From the human T2T-CHM13v2.0 reference genome, Homo sapiens: 64,000 nucleotides of DNA. The translations under genes were made by a program, and so were the position numbers. Under the pieces are notes generated by a model. The model did not search any database, was not told the origin of the DNA, and saw only the letters and a list, made by a program, of their open reading frames with translations. The DNA lies in assembly GCF_009914755.1 (NCBI RefSeq), contig NC_060929.1; one strand, 5' to 3'. This document shows positions 43,001-59,386 of this stretch, in pieces (within the stretch, counting starts at the first letter, position 1; every line of letters starts with the position of its first letter).

Positions 43001-43490
43001 ATATTTAATCTGGCAACTAACTAATCAGCATTTGCTTATTTGCCATTTAGCAAACAACATAGCTTAAAAAAAGACAAATGAAAGAAAATCTCATTTTCAG
43101 AATTAGTGGCAAGAATATGCAGGGTGCTTGGAACGTCAATACTGGAAATTCATCCCTAATTTAAACCTTCCTTGAGGGTGATTATTTTGTATGTCATACT
43201 TCTAATTGCTGATCTGATCTGGTCCTTAATATGTGAAAAAACAATATACTTCAGATTTGAATGTTGATAAACAGTCTTGTAAAAGTTTGCTGAAATCTAA
43301 ACATTACTAGTTTTCCTTAAACTGTTGAGGATCATATAACATCTACAACCATGTAATTTTTCAGTGAGTCCTATAAAATTGCTACTAATTCTGAAAATGA
43401 GATTTTCTTTCATTTGTCTTTTTTTAAGCTATGTTGTTTGCTAAATGGCAAATAAGCAAATGCTGATTAGTTAGTTGCCAGATTAAATAT
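43001..43490. repeat. Long inverted repeat, 107-bp perfect arms
   Basis: 43001-43107 is the exact reverse complement of 43384-43490, checked block by block. Confidence 0.97.
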
Positions 43491-43691
43491 TTTTTTCTCA
43501 ATCATGTTGGGTTTTGTGCCATGTTTGATATTGTCTGTAACCTCTTCTTTCTTGCATTTTCTCAGCTCCCTCGGATTCAGAGATACCACTCTCATAGTAA
43601 TAACTTCTAATTTGTTTGTTTACTTACTTTGATTTCTCTTTTGAGCTCTAAATCTGTATAAACACTTACTCTGGAGACTTCTCTTGAATAT

Positions 43692-44126
43692 TTGTATCAG
43701 GGTTCTCCAGAGAAATAAAACTTACAGGAGAAAGAAGAAGAAGAAGAAGAGAGAGGAAGAGAGAAGAAGAGAGATTGATTCTAAGGATTTTGCTGATACA
43801 ATTGTGGGGACTGACAAGTCCAAAATTTGCAGTGCAGGCTGGCAAGCTGGAGAAACCAAGGAAGAGTCAATGTTTTCATCTTGAGTTCAAAGGCAGTCTG
43901 GAGTCAGAACTCCCTCTTCCTCAGGGTACCTCAATCTTTTCTCTTAAGACCTTCAGCGGACTGGATGAGGCCCAGCTACATTATGGAGGATAATCAGATC
44001 TACACAAAGTCTCCTGATTTAAGTATTAATCATACTAAAAAATAGCAGCAGCATATAGACTAACATTTGACCAAACATGTGGGTGCCATAGCTTAGCCAA
44101 GATGACATATAAAATTAACCATCTCA
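43692..44126 (-). mobile_element. ERVL LTR (MLT2-like) with internal GA-rich repeat
   Basis: tgtatcagggttctccagagaaa...gacatataaaattaaccatctca. Confidence 0.8.
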
Positions 44127-45298
44127 ATGTTCTATAAACACTTTTAAATTCAACAGGCTCCAAAAGAAACTGCCACATTCCTCACATTCCTCACAAACTC
44201 AATCTCCTTTTGGGTTCCCTTTTTGGTTTCCTTCCTGTGGGCACACGTAGGGGAAGGGCAGGCCTGGGCATTCAGGCTGATGGGACCCAGGGGGAAGCAC
44301 AGGATAAAGGCAAGAGCAGGGGCAGAGTATCCTTTATCTATGACCAGGTACTGTGGTCATGTCCTAGACCTAGAAGGAGCACCAACATCAAAGCAAGGAA
44401 ACCTAAGAGCTCAGTGAAAGCTAATGAAATATGTAGTCAAAGAAAGAGACATCGAGATAGCAGGAAATCTGAGGCTGGTAAAAGCCTGACTGGGCCAGAG
44501 GGAACACAGCTCAATAGGAAGAGCTAGTTTATATTGAGCATTTCCTGTGTCCCAAGCAGGATATCCTCAATATAAACTAGCTTAAATTATAGGAAATCTT
44601 CATTTATGTCTGCCCTGTCAGGTGAATAATTTGTGAGATACACAGCTAGAAAGCTATAGAGACTTGTTGGTGGAAAGGCTGGGGTTAATTCCAGAAACAA
44701 ATTCTGCCTTTCAAATCTTTCCTGGTGTGGGTATACTCATGTGTCGTATTTATTTAAAAGCGATCATGGAGGAATAAACTATCCCAAGTGTGATTATTGT
44801 CTTGCTTTCTACCTGAGCACCCAAGCTAGATGTCATTAACACATCAGCGTTATCTCCCGCCATTCCTCTCTTCACTGCTCTATTTCAGCAGGTCCTATTG
44901 ATTTTGCTGCCAAAGGGTGTCTTGAGGCTTTCCCTTCCTTTTCATTTATCTTGCTTCTAATCAGGCTTCAAATAATTTCACCTATGCTATTACAGCACCT
45001 CCTAACTAATATTTTAAATTTGTAACCTCTTTCTCTTCTTGAATTTGTTTTTTGTATTGTCGTCTGTCTAAACTACCTTCCCAGGCTAGCAGGAAGCCCA
45101 GAAATCTAAATCAGGAAGCCAGAGTTTGGCAAGAGATTTAAGAAGAAGGGCAACTTCTGCCATGGGGAAGAATTTTCAAAGCAGAATCAAAAACATTGCT
45201 CAGGAACAAAGGTGGTCCCAGAAACCTAGAAAAAAATCCAGATAAAGTATAATTCCAAATGTTATCAAACGGAGATGCAAGAATTGTGTCTTAGGTAG

Positions 45299-46090
45299 TG
45301 TGATGGTTAATTTTATGTGTCAACTTGACTGGACTAAGGGATGCCGAGGTAGCCTGTAAAATATTTCTTGGCCAGGCATGGTGGCTCATGCCTGTAATTT
45401 CAGCACTTTGGGAGGCTGAGGCAGGAGGATCACTTGAGGCTAGGAGTTTGAGATCAGCCTTGGTAACATAGCAAGACCCCATTTGTATTAGTTCCTTTTC
45501 ACATTGCTGATAAAGACATACCCGAGACTGGGCAATTTACTGGGCAGGCATTACTTTTCCATGTGACAAACTGCCACAAATTCAATAGCTTAACACATGT
45601 TTATTATCTCACAGTTTCTGAGGGCCTTGAGTCCAGGCACAGTTTATATGGGTCGTCTCCTTAGGGTCACATGAGGCTGAATCAAGGTGTCATCCAGGGA
45701 TACAGTCTCACCTGAGGCATGACTGGAGAGGGATCCACTTTCAGTCTCACTCAGGTTGTTGGCAGAATTCAGTTACACAAGGTTGTAGGACAGAGCACTT
45801 CAGTTTCTTGCTGGCTGTTGACTGGAGGCCGCCCTCATCTCCTAGAGGCCACCTGCAGTTCTTTACCATGTGGGATCCCCCAGCGTGGCTGCCTGCTTCC
45901 TCAAGGAAGCAAGGGAGACAGAGACTCCATTAGGGTGAGCCTTACAATCTTATGAAATACAGTCATATAATCATACACATCCTGTCACCTTTGTCATATT
46001 CCATTTGGAGGAAATAAGTGGCAGATGCCACCTGCAGTCAAGAGGAGGGGATCACATGAAGACAACACCAGGAGGCATGGGTGATGGAAA
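45299..46090. mobile_element. Composite: MLT2 5' fragment, Alu left arm (45371-45483), THE1-like fragment (45484-45541), MLT1-like LTR
   Basis: Recognisable consensus-like segments abut directly. Confidence 0.65.
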
Positions 46091-46399
46091 CACATTGGTA
46101 GCCTATCACAGGTACCAAAAATATTTGATGGCATTTCCCATCTTTCTACTTTTCACCATTTCCACCGCCATCCTCCTCATTCGAGTCCACAGTATTTCTT
46201 GCATAGATACTACAGTAGCCTCCAAATTCACCTCATTTTTGCACTTGCCTCCTTAGAATCCATTCCACACAGCAGGCAAAGTTGTTTTCTTAAAATGGGC
46301 AAAAATCTTCATCCTTCACTCAAGTGTGCAAGAAATACACATTTTCTTATTTTATTTAAATCAACAAATTCTATCCCAAGCTCCTACCCTACTAGGCTG

Positions 46400-46981
46400 G
46401 TGAGAAATTCCAAGACCCCCAATGGTTGCCTAAAACTGCAGATAGTACTGAACCCTAAGTACACTATGCATGAATTTCTTTTTCCTTCTTCACAGTTTTA
46501 TGGATAGAAGATTTGTTTCTACCATAGATCTTAGCAACCTCAACATACAATTTTTTCCCTCCTTATTAAGTCAAGAACTTTCACATTTTCGCTTAAAAGA
46601 AGTACTTTACTGCTTCTCATTGGCATATTCAAATTGCCAGCATCACTATTCTTGTGCTTTGAGGCTGTTATTAAGTAAAATAAGGGTTGCTCAGCACAAG
46701 CATGACCATGCCTTGACAGTGGATCTGATAACCACAAAGGTTACTAAGTGACTAATGAGCCGGTAGTGTACACAGTGGGGATATGCTGGGCAACGTGATG
46801 ATTCCTATCCCAGACAAGTCAGAGCAGAGAGGCACAAGATTTTATCACACTACTCAGAATGATGCATAATTGAAACCTTGTAAATTGTTTGTTTCTGGAA
46901 TTTTCCACATAATATTTTTGGACAGAGATTGACTTTGGGTAACTGAAACCATGGAAATGTAGATAAGGGTGGACTCCTGTA
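46400..46981. mobile_element. TcMar-Tigger-type DNA transposon remnant (MER44-like)
   Basis: Ends gataagggtggactcctgTA; internal atcacactactcagaatgatgca. Confidence 0.6.
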
Positions 46982-47537
46982 TTCACACCCAATGCCTGAT
47001 GTTCAAATGTTCATCCCCTTGAGAAAACAAATTACCTCAGAAAACACATTCCTCTGGCACTCCACTGGCAGCCTGGGTTGGGAGCTCAGGTTCTTGCCTC
47101 TGCTACAGTTCTTGGTGATGTCTAATCCAGCATTCAAAGGTCTCTTCTGCTGGCCCAGGAATCTTGTGTCCACCTATGAATTGGATCCTATCCTCCTGCT
47201 TAGGACCCCTCAATGACTTCCCTTGACACTTCCTGAGGTCTATACATCCCTATGTGTTCTAATCCCTGTCCATCCTTCCAAACCATCTCCTATCTCTTTT
47301 CTCTTTGCTAAGTTTCTATCATACTGACCTTCTTTCATTTCCATAAGCATGCTAAGCAGTTTTCTGCCTCACACATGCTATTCTCTCAGCCTGGAAAACT
47401 TTCCCATCTGCCAACAATTGGACTTCAACTTAAATGTCACCTTCCCTGACCATCTTATCAAAAAGTAGTCACATCCCCTTACTTCTCTAACACCACTGTA
47501 ATCATAATTATTTTTATTCCATTAAAAAAATGTTTTT

Positions 47538-47842
<305 letters not shown>

Positions 47843-47929
47843 AAATGTTTCTATTTACTTGGTCATTGGTCAGTAAGTTCCATGAGGCCAGGACTGTGTC
47901 TCTCTCTTTCTAAGCACTGCTTTCTCTGC

Positions 47930-48285
47930 ACCCTACAAATTTTGATAGGCTGTATTTTCATTTTCATTTAGTTCAAAATACTTTTTAATTTCTTGAAACA
48001 TCATCTTTGACACAGAAGTTATTTAGAAGTCTGCTGATTAATCTTCAAATATTTGGGTATTTTCCAGCTATCTTTCTGTTATTGATTTCTAGTTTAATTC
48101 CATTGGTCTGAGAGCACACTTTATATGATATATATTCTTTTAAATGTGTCAGGGTGTGTTTTATGGTCCAGAATGTGGTGTATCTTAGCAAATGTTCTAT
48201 GTGAATCAGAGAAGAATGTGTATTTTGCTGCTGTCAGATGAAGTGTTCTATAAATGTCAATTAGATCCAGTTGATTGATGGTTAC
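47930..48285 (-). mobile_element. L1M fragment (ORF2 endonuclease region)
   Basis: ORF track 48121-48387 (-) gives INQLDLIDIYRTLH..YTFFS..HRTFAKIHHILDHK, typical of the L1 ORF2p endonuclease. Confidence 0.85.
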
Positions 48286-50103
48286 ATCTATCTTTTTCAC
48301 CACTATATTCCCAGGATCTAACAGAGAACTTGACCTATAGCATGTGCTCCATAAATGCTTATTGAATGAAAGGAAGAAGACAAGCACAGGCAGGGAAAAA
48401 TGAATACAGAGATCTTATATGTTACTCCCCAGATTAAACACTTTCAATAGTTCACTATAATCTACACGATATATTTTAGCTATTGTTCCTTCTACTTGCT
48501 AGCAATATTTTATAATCCATACACTATATTTCTTCTGTTGTAACACACAATTATTTTATATACCACTGTATAAGAAAAAATAAATGCTAACATCATAAGA
48601 TGCCATCAATTTCAAAGGTGTTTAAACATCAAAAAAAAACTTGAGTTGGAGAATTGATGAAATATTGTGGTTAGCTAAAGTTTATCTGGTCCTCTAGATG
48701 AATTTATCCTTATTTATCTTTGTATCCCCAGCACCAAGCATAGTATGTGGTAAAGATACTCAGTAACATCAGTTCAGTTTAGTTATTTGATTCGTTGCTT
48801 ATTCTGCACCACCAGTCACCTGGCTTTCCTTCATTCCGCATCCCTGATATCTTCTATACTCTAATGCTGTTGGTGTTACTGGCTGGCCAGAGATTTTAAT
48901 TTCTTTTGAAATGCCTTTGCTCCACAAAAATCTGACTCTTTTCCACTCTTCTAATAAACTTGATGTATGCTGTTAGCTGCAGTACAACTAAACATCTGCC
49001 AGACTCACGTGTGTGTTCTTGAAGCTACTATGGTACATTAATGTCCTCCCCCACTGTCCCCGTTCCCTCAATACAGTTACAGTGTGGTTTTAGATGCTGT
49101 GGCAAATGAGAGAGGAAGAGTATTTGGGCAGAGAGAATTTCTGAAAGCTTCAAATAAATAGATAATTACACTTGTCTATTTACTAGACTGGCCATTCCTT
49201 AAGCTTTATTTTTAATATCTACTTAGGAAAAGTAAGAAAGAAGAAAGTAAAACTCTTAGGGATCTTCTCCCCCAGTTAAATAAGCTCTATCCCTTTTTCT
49301 CCCTTTGAAGTAGGACTTTTTTGAAAAAAGAGCCACAAATGGGTGTCGTGGTGGATGAATTTAGCCATCCAGGTTCAGCCAGTATGGTGTTTTTTAGACA
49401 TGCAAGAAGGCTGTGCCTCCTCCAGTCAGCCAGCACACGACTTCCTAACCATGTTACTGTAGCTGATTCATATACTCCTAATTGCCCACTGGCCCCTTAA
49501 AACCATCTGAATTTTTGACCCCTGCCTTGAATGTTATGGTTTTTCTTCTCCAGGAAGAACTCCAGCTCACTGTGTCTCCTTAATTTTGTTACTCTTATTC
49601 TGAAAAACTTGCCATTAGAGATGGATCAGTTTCTCTAACTATAGGGAAAACTATACTGTGAAGTTGAAACAAACTAGTTATAGAAATGTGTATTAGATAT
49701 ATTTTTAGTGCAAGGAATAGCTATAAAAATAATCCCCAACTCTATCCCCACAAAGCTCAAATGTCCATGGTATTTATGAGGTGGTATTGGAAAGGGGAGG
49801 AGAGTAGTTAGAATTTTGAAACTTTTGTGACAATGTTAGCACTCAAAACTGCATCAAGAATTTTTTGGATCTGAGACTGAGACTCCCCTCTAATTCTGGC
49901 TTTAACTCACATTCCTTCAAGCAGATCTTTCCTGCTTTTTTGCTTGGATTTTAATAAAGCAAAGGCAGGGGAAGTCAGTGTTGGATGAAATTGCAAAGAG
50001 TAGTTCTCGTGAGTCTTTTAATTCATAGCCATAAGGGATAGGTGTTCTTTGTTTCCCTTTTAAAAAGTCAGTTGGGGGTAGAAGACAAGTTATTAAGAAG
50101 TTA

Positions 50104-50481
<378 letters not shown>

Positions 50482-51615
50482 TTAGTTTTTTAAATAGTAG
50501 TTTCCATTTTACTTTTCCCCTCTACCTCACTCTGTCCCCTGACTTCTACCCACTCTATGTTTACCCACCACCCTGAATAAAATTTAAGTCACCAAATGCT
50601 AATCTAAAAAACAGAGACTCCTGTATTGGTTGAAACCCTGTGAGGATAATAGAAGATAAGTGGGTTCTGAAACACTGGCCATTATTTCTTCTACTAGACC
50701 AATTTAAACTTGAATTTATTAGGTTTCATTATTATTTTCCAAATAAGACTTTGTAGTTCACAGACTAACATATTTAAAGCTATTGTGATAAACTAAGCCT
50801 GTTAGAAGTGGATACATTCATCTTGTAAATTATTTCAAATTTTAGCCTGAAATTCCCCAGCATTTATACAAATGTAAAAATTTTCTAATAAGTAAACAGA
50901 ACCATTGAAAACGTAGAGACCATCTTTGTTGTCTTTTATGGTGTCTAGCTCCTAGTGCCTTCTGATTTTCTGTTTATTACAGGGGTAAGCCTCTAATTTA
51001 TCGGTCTTTTGTGGGTCATTACATTTTAATTATGACAACAAAATAAACATTGATACATTTAGGAAAGTTTATAATCCAACTACCAACGTAAATGAATTAC
51101 TAAGAATATAAAAGATTCTAGATTGAGTGTAAATAAACATTAGTAATAATAATAATATTTGCCAGTCACTTTGGTTTCAGTCTTTCAAATATTAAATTTT
51201 CAATTATAAACATTACTAATTTAAATATTTACTAAGAGAAAAATAAAACAAATAAGTGAGAACTGATTACATTCAAAGTTCATTTTTCAAAAAGAACTTG
51301 TATTAGAGCAGATCCACCAATTAAGCCACACTTTCAATAGGGCAGGGTGGTATTTGGATCATAGTTACAAAATTACCAGGGTAAAAAGAGTGGGAGATTT
51401 TCAGGGCCATTCTTCTGTGTGAGGGAAGAGCCATACTGACCCCATCCTGGACATATGGGAATTTGCCCTAGTTTTGAACATAGTACATTTCAATTGTTCT
51501 AGACACTTGGGATGAGTGAGGGGTCTGGAGAAGGTCAGAAAAAAATATATAGATTTTAAGAAATTACCCATTTACTGGCAATAAAAGTCAATTTAATAGT
51601 ATTTTTCTTCGTGAC

Positions 51616-51914
<299 letters not shown>

Positions 51915-53624
51915 TATGACATTTTAATTCTTATTTTAAATAAACTGTGCAGTCCCCTAGGGTCCCAGTCCGAATAACTTACACATGTATACAGATAGTA
52001 TTGACATAATAGGTTGTTTTTTCATACTTGTTTTTTCATATACCAAGTAAAATTCAATGGATTTTCAAAATTTAATATGATTACTTATAAGATCGCATCT
52101 TACAGCATTGGTACACTGGCATACTGACTTGTTTTGATTTTTACTAAATCAAACAACACCCTTAGTAGGGAAGGAATTGAAAACATTATTTTCCCCATAG
52201 CAACAAATGAACTAGTCATTTCTTAAATATACATTAAGACTTCCGGATTGAATTCTTTCCATCCACTGTGATCTTTTGATCCATGCTAATCCAACAACAC
52301 TAATCATTTTAGAGTCTGTGAATCCAGACATTGTCGTCCATAAGAAAAATTCCTAGGCTAACATAACAATCAGCTCAATATTAAATTAGCGAGGACACAG
52401 GGAAGCAGAGTTAAGCAATTACAACATGCGGTTTAGTTTCTCTGAGAGCAAACTGCCTTCCGAATTAGTGATAGGCTATTTTTTATTTTTAATGATTTTT
52501 GTATGGATTTTTTGAGTATATAATTTATGCTTAGAGCACAAAAGGCAAAGGGTACAAAAGGATATGCATAGGAAAGTAAATATCTCTCATCAATAGAAAT
52601 GCTATTCAGTGTTAGCAGGTGTATAAACCATTTTGAACAGAAAATTAGTCTTCCTAGTAAGGTTGAAAGTGTGGAATTTCTGCTTCTGATAATGACAGAC
52701 TACGTAAATTGAACCAACTTTCCCTCTGACAACAACTAAAAAAGCTTGAAAGATTTTAAAAGAAACCTTATCAAATGCATCAAAGAGTTAACAAGATCTT
52801 GAAGAATGATGTTCAGGATCACTTTGAAAGACATTTCAAGAAGTTGGAGTCCAAGACCACTCAGAGGTAGGGAGGGACCCTGGTAAATATCTCACTGTGA
52901 GATGAGAGCCTATAGGACTGCATCCCAGCTGTAAGGATAAACCTAGAAGGAAAGTAGCCTATGTACAGACTGCAGACCAGCTTGTGGTCCCCAAGCTGGC
53001 TCCAGAAATTACATGATGATTCGAGAGGGCTGATGCCTTTGGGTACTTGACAAAAGGTAATTTAAAAATCCTCTTTGGAGGAAAATAATACCTTAGGCCT
53101 CGAAATGTCTCTAGGAAATTTGAAGATGTGTGTACCCAATGATTCCCCCACTCCAGGTTTGTAACTTCAAAAAACTGTAGCATGGTGCACCAGGGAACGT
53201 GAGCAAGGATGCTCATTGCATTATGGCAGTGACTGAAAACTGGAAACAACTCAAATGTTCATCAGCAAGATGGAATATTCATATGATTGGACACTATAGA
53301 GCAGTAAAAATAAGTGAACTATTGCTACAGTAAAAAATGAACATTGCTACATCAATATAGATAAATCTTGCAAATATAATTCAGCAAACGAGCATGTAGC
53401 AGATTATATATAGTGTGATACCAATAATATGAAGTCGAAAGCAAGCCAGACAAAGAATATTGTTTAGTAATATATACACTTGGAGTCAAGTTTAAAAGCA
53501 AGGGAACAATCAACATAAAGTTGGAGCCCCTGATTGCCTCTGGAGAGGAAGGAAGTGCACACAGGGTGCTTCAGCTATGTTAGTTATGTCTCTGCAGAGA
53601 CAATCATTCATGATCCTCCAAATA

Positions 53625-54262
53625 CAGTCATCCCTCAGTACACACAAGGGATTAGTTCCAGGATCCCTGCAAATACCAAAATCCAAGTATACTCAAATCC
53701 TGCAGCAGGCATCTGCAGAACCCGTGTGTATGAAAAGTTGGCCCTCCACATAGGTGGATTTCATATCCTGGCTGTATTAGTTCCTTCTCACATTGCTATA
53801 AAGGAATACTTGAGACTGGGTATTTATAAAGAAAAATTGTTTAATTGGCTCATGGTTCTTCAGGCTGTACAGGAAGCATAGCAGCTTCTGCTTCTGAGGA
53901 GGCCTCAGGAACTTACAATCATGGTGGAAGGTAAAGGGGAAGCAAGGCACTTCACAAGTCTGGAGCAGGAGAAGAGAGAGGAGGGAGGTGCTACACACTT
54001 TTAAACAACCAGATCTCACAATTCACTCACTCACTATCACCATAACAGCACTGAGGGGAAGGTGCTAACACATTCATGAGAACTCTGCCCCCATGATCCA
54101 ATCACCTCCCACCAGGCCCCACCTCCAACACTGGGGATTACAATTTGACATGAGAGTTGGTGGGGATGCACATCCAAATCACATCACTGGCAAATACTGT
54201 ATTTTCCATCCACGCACAGGAGGACTTGTGTCCTTCAGCCCATGATGTTCAAGGGCCAACTG
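53625..54262. mobile_element. MER2-like DNA transposon interrupted by MST-type MaLR LTR (53773-54186, minus strand)
   Basis: TA|CAGTCATCCCTC ... GGGCCAACTG|TA termini; inner LTR TG..CA with 5-bp TSD CTGGC. Confidence 0.82.
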
Positions 54263-55595
54263 TATAGTATGACTTATTTTGGAAAAGGGAAAGAGCACGT
54301 TCCTTTAATTAATTATAAGGCCAACCTGCAGTTTGTGCAAAAGCTACTTTCCTCCCAGGTTTATCAATACTCCTGGGATACAATCCCCAAGGGTCTTATC
54401 CATAGCATCTCTCAAAGTCAATTAGATATAGTCTAATGTGCCCTTTTCTCTGCCATCAGTCCTAGGAATAGCATCTGTCTGGCTGGGAAATGCTGCTATT
54501 TCTTCCTGCAGAATCCAGGCTTAGCAGGGGTAGAAGCAAAACATGGTGAAGCAGAGAAGCAGCTAGCCCACGTCTTTCCCTCTTTCCATTTCTCTAGCCC
54601 TCCGCCTTGCCCATTGCAGACTTTGCTGCTGTGGTGGGCTTGAGCTGGGTTGAGAAGACCTTTAACTTTGAATACAGTCAGAGATTTTTATTATTACAGT
54701 AAACTGGACATATTGACTACCACAGTGACAGTATTTTGAGATAAAGTAATTAGAACTTTTTATTGTTTCTGAATAATGAGAGAAAATTATGGAAGCTGCT
54801 TGTGATTTTATCTAAGAGATGGGGAAATCCTGGCTTCACAGAATGGGTCTGAGTGTGCCAGAACCATGCAGGGGGAGTAAACTCGCTGAAACAAGAGTCC
54901 TACCTAACATACCAATTTTACAATAATTAGGTACAGAAACAGACTCACTATATTAACGGAAGCTCTCTATTCACTCTGTAAAACATATTGACTGGTATCA
55001 AAGCAAACTTTGCTCCTGGTGTATGATAGAACTTCTGTCCCCTGAGAAGAATGCTGGCCAGGAGGCAGTTACATTTGTTCCAAACCTGACTTGCCAGTTG
55101 TATTCTTTAGGTAGTTACTTAAGTTAATAAAATGTTATTAAATCAATGGGTAGAATAGAATGTTGCACCTATGAACACCAAGTCGAATATTTTGGAAAGT
55201 CTTGATTAAATTGAGTGGAATTGGGGGTATATATAATAGCTGCAAAAGACTGAGAAAAGTTGTAAAAATATAGAAGAACTACACATTCAGATTTTTCCAC
55301 AAATGTCTTTAAAGTCTTCCTTTGAAATGAGGAATGCATAAAATTAAAGGATTTGAAAAAATTCTTTCTGGGCCCCTTCCAGCTTGTGTTATTTTATGAC
55401 TTTTATCCTTGAAAATATTTAATCATCTTTATAAACATGAACAGGATTTGTAAAATGTATTTAAGTCTCTGAAAATGTGCTATAAGTAGCAGATATCATT
55501 GTACGTACAAAGAGACAGTGATGCTACAAATATCTTTGATTTTATCGATGTTCTTCCACACTGCTTGAATTGCATTCATGATCCCTTTGGGCTGA

Positions 55596-55941
55596 TGTCA
55601 TGGACTGAATGTTTGTGTCTCCTGAAAATTTATGTGATAAAATTTAGCACCCAATGTGATGATATTAGAAGATGGGGCCTTTGAGACTAATTAGGTCATG
55701 AAGGTGGAGCCATCGTGAATGAAATTAGTGCCCATATAAAAGGGATCCCGGGGAGTAATCCTGCTCTCTTTCTGCCACCTGAGGATACAAGAATTCATCA
55801 GTCTACAACCTGGAAGAGGTCTCAGCCATGCTGATGCCTTAATTTTGAACTTTTAGCCTCCAGAACTGTGAGAAATAAATTTCTGTTTTTTATAAGCCAC
55901 CCAAAATACGCTACTTTGTTACAGCAGCCTAAACTGAGATA
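55596..55941 (+). mobile_element. MaLR LTR (MLT1A/MST-like)
   Basis: tgtcatggactgaatgtttgtgtc...cctccagaactgtgagaaataaatttctg...cagcagcctaaactgagata. Confidence 0.75.
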
Positions 55942-56342
55942 GCTGATAAATTTGGAGACCAATATTTAGACAGAAACTGAAATTATTAATTACATTATTC
56001 AATCTGCCAAAGGTGACACTTTAGGATTGCTGTTGTCCAGCTGCAAATCTCTTTGTGTTCCATTATGCTTCTCCAGTGGATGGGGTCTTGAGCTTCATGA
56101 GTAAAAGATGTTCATTACACCTTCTGTGCTTTGATCATATAAATATTTCTCAACAGGTTATTTTTGGAAATGTATGTTTGTTTACTGATATCAAAAGGGT
56201 TTTTTGTATGTGGTTATATTGGTGATCAAAATGGTGTCAAGATAAAAATGAACTATTTTGAAGGACATATATATTCTCAATCATAAAGTCAATTCAAAAT
56301 GTTGGTTCATTGAGGTTCTCCTATATACAGATCACTATTTTA

Positions 56343-56780
<438 letters not shown>

Positions 56781-58899
56781 CTAATTGGGTAGCCACAACT
56801 AGTTGAAATGAAAAACTGACACTTAAAATGGTAGATATAGCTTCACAGAATGAGAAAGCGGTAGCCTTAATTTGTTAGCATCATCAGATATTTAGTTCCT
56901 CAGTAATTCAGTGACTTCCGCAGTTAGTTAAAGCTTTCAGTAAAGAAAAATGTTTTTAAATACCTCTCTCTGCCACAAGAATCTCCTTCTCCAACAAATT
57001 AATTTCCTTCTTGCCAAGGTATGTGTGTACTTGTCAACCTTCTCAACTCATGAGTCTGCATTCAGCAGAAGGGGTCCTATTCCAGCTCTCCCACTTACTA
57101 TTTGTTAGAGTTTGTCAAGCTTTCCAGTCTCAGTTTTCTAATCTTCAGTATAGAATAATAACCCCGACCATAAAGAGCATTGTGCACAATGGGCCTATTA
57201 TTAATGTTCATTTCTTCTGTGAGTTCAACACAGTGATCAGATCATATCCAATTTGAGGAACTTAAAGTTAACTGCTAAGTTGTGATATGATAAGTGGAGT
57301 CCTGAGTTTGATGTATGTGAACTTATACTCAGACAAAACTTTTACCTGTGGTCTAGTTCACAGTAAAATGAACTACTGGAAGAATAAAAAAAGATTTGAG
57401 AACTCAATCAAAATAAAATCAATCCAAATAAATGGTAGTGCAATTTGCTGAGTTTCTTCAATGAAGAAACATACACAATAAACCTGTGAATGTTATCACT
57501 GGAAGTGTTTGATGCTGTGGGAAGGAATAACATTTCTATTTCACTGTTATTACTAAATCATAATTGCATGGTGTTTAACCTCTACTGTATAAATCATCTA
57601 ATGAGGATTCATTTCTATGTAATTTTTTGTTACACAAAGAAACACTGCATAATACTTACCCAGTAATAGGCAGTTTTTTAGACCCATTGAATCAAAATCT
57701 GATTTGGGGACTGTAAATTTACATTTTAAAGAAACACCCACATGATTCTTAGGCACACAACCGACTGAGAACCACCAGGATGAGGGCCTTTAGTATTTGT
57801 TGTGTGCTGTCCCTTTCCACATTTCAAAGAATACTAAGGGGCTGTTAGGCGTGTACTAGTGGCTGAGAAGTTTGCTTTCACAGTAAAGAAGGTAACACCA
57901 TGACACTGTCTGTGGCTTAAGATAAAATTATGATATTTCTTGAGAAAGACAAAACTCTGCTGTTGACTGTCCTAGAAGGCTAAAAGGATAATTGGAGTTG
58001 TCGAGCTGGTTATGACCAAAGCTGCTTTAGAACTTCTTTGGAGTTTGAGTGATCCTTGCCACATGGTGAGATCTTCAGGGACCTGTCAAGTTCCTGACAA
58101 GAACTTGATTGAGGACAAGACACTGCTCCTTTAAGCCACATGAATTGCTACAAGGATCTTAAAATACACAAATGAAGACCAGGTAGAAGCTCAGATGCTG
58201 GTCTCAAATTCCAACCCTGTTGTCAGGATTTTCTGTCATATATCTTTTTAAAAACAACAAAGTAGAACATCCTTACATGTAGGGAAGTTTATTTATACAA
58301 AATGATGTTAAAAAAATTCCAGGTGCTTTTTAAAACAATTATTGCTGATTGTTTTGTTGTATATTAATAATACCTCTATGTGTTTGATTTTAAGTCTAAG
58401 TTTACAGTGTGTTTTCCTTCTGTATAACCATGTTTTACTGTACTATCATAACAAATTTACAGTTGTACAAACATGAATAAATCCTTCAAAAAGCCAGCAG
58501 TACGAAGGCTCACAAGTCGGAAAGGCCCATCCTACTTAGTAGGTACTACAAACTTTATCAACTGGAGCAGGGTCTTCAAAAGGAGGGGTTGGACCTCTGG
58601 GAAACCACAGAGGCTTTCCAAGGGACACCCAGGCAGACAGGTGGTTCTAACAGGGCATCAATTTCCTGAATTTCAACTGCAGGCATACTCTATCCAAACA
58701 TGATCTGAGAACACTCTTGTGGTTTTAAGGTTATATGGGACCTCCGTTTCACCTTTGCTTTCACTTGACAAAAGAAGGAACAACTTCTCTCCATGGTTAA
58801 TACTACTATGATACAATTTCTGAGATGAGAAACCTGCATGAGCCAGAGAGAAATGTGAAATAATATTTCTGGTATTGAAAAAATGAATGCCTTCAGTGA

Positions 58900-59386
<487 letters not shown>

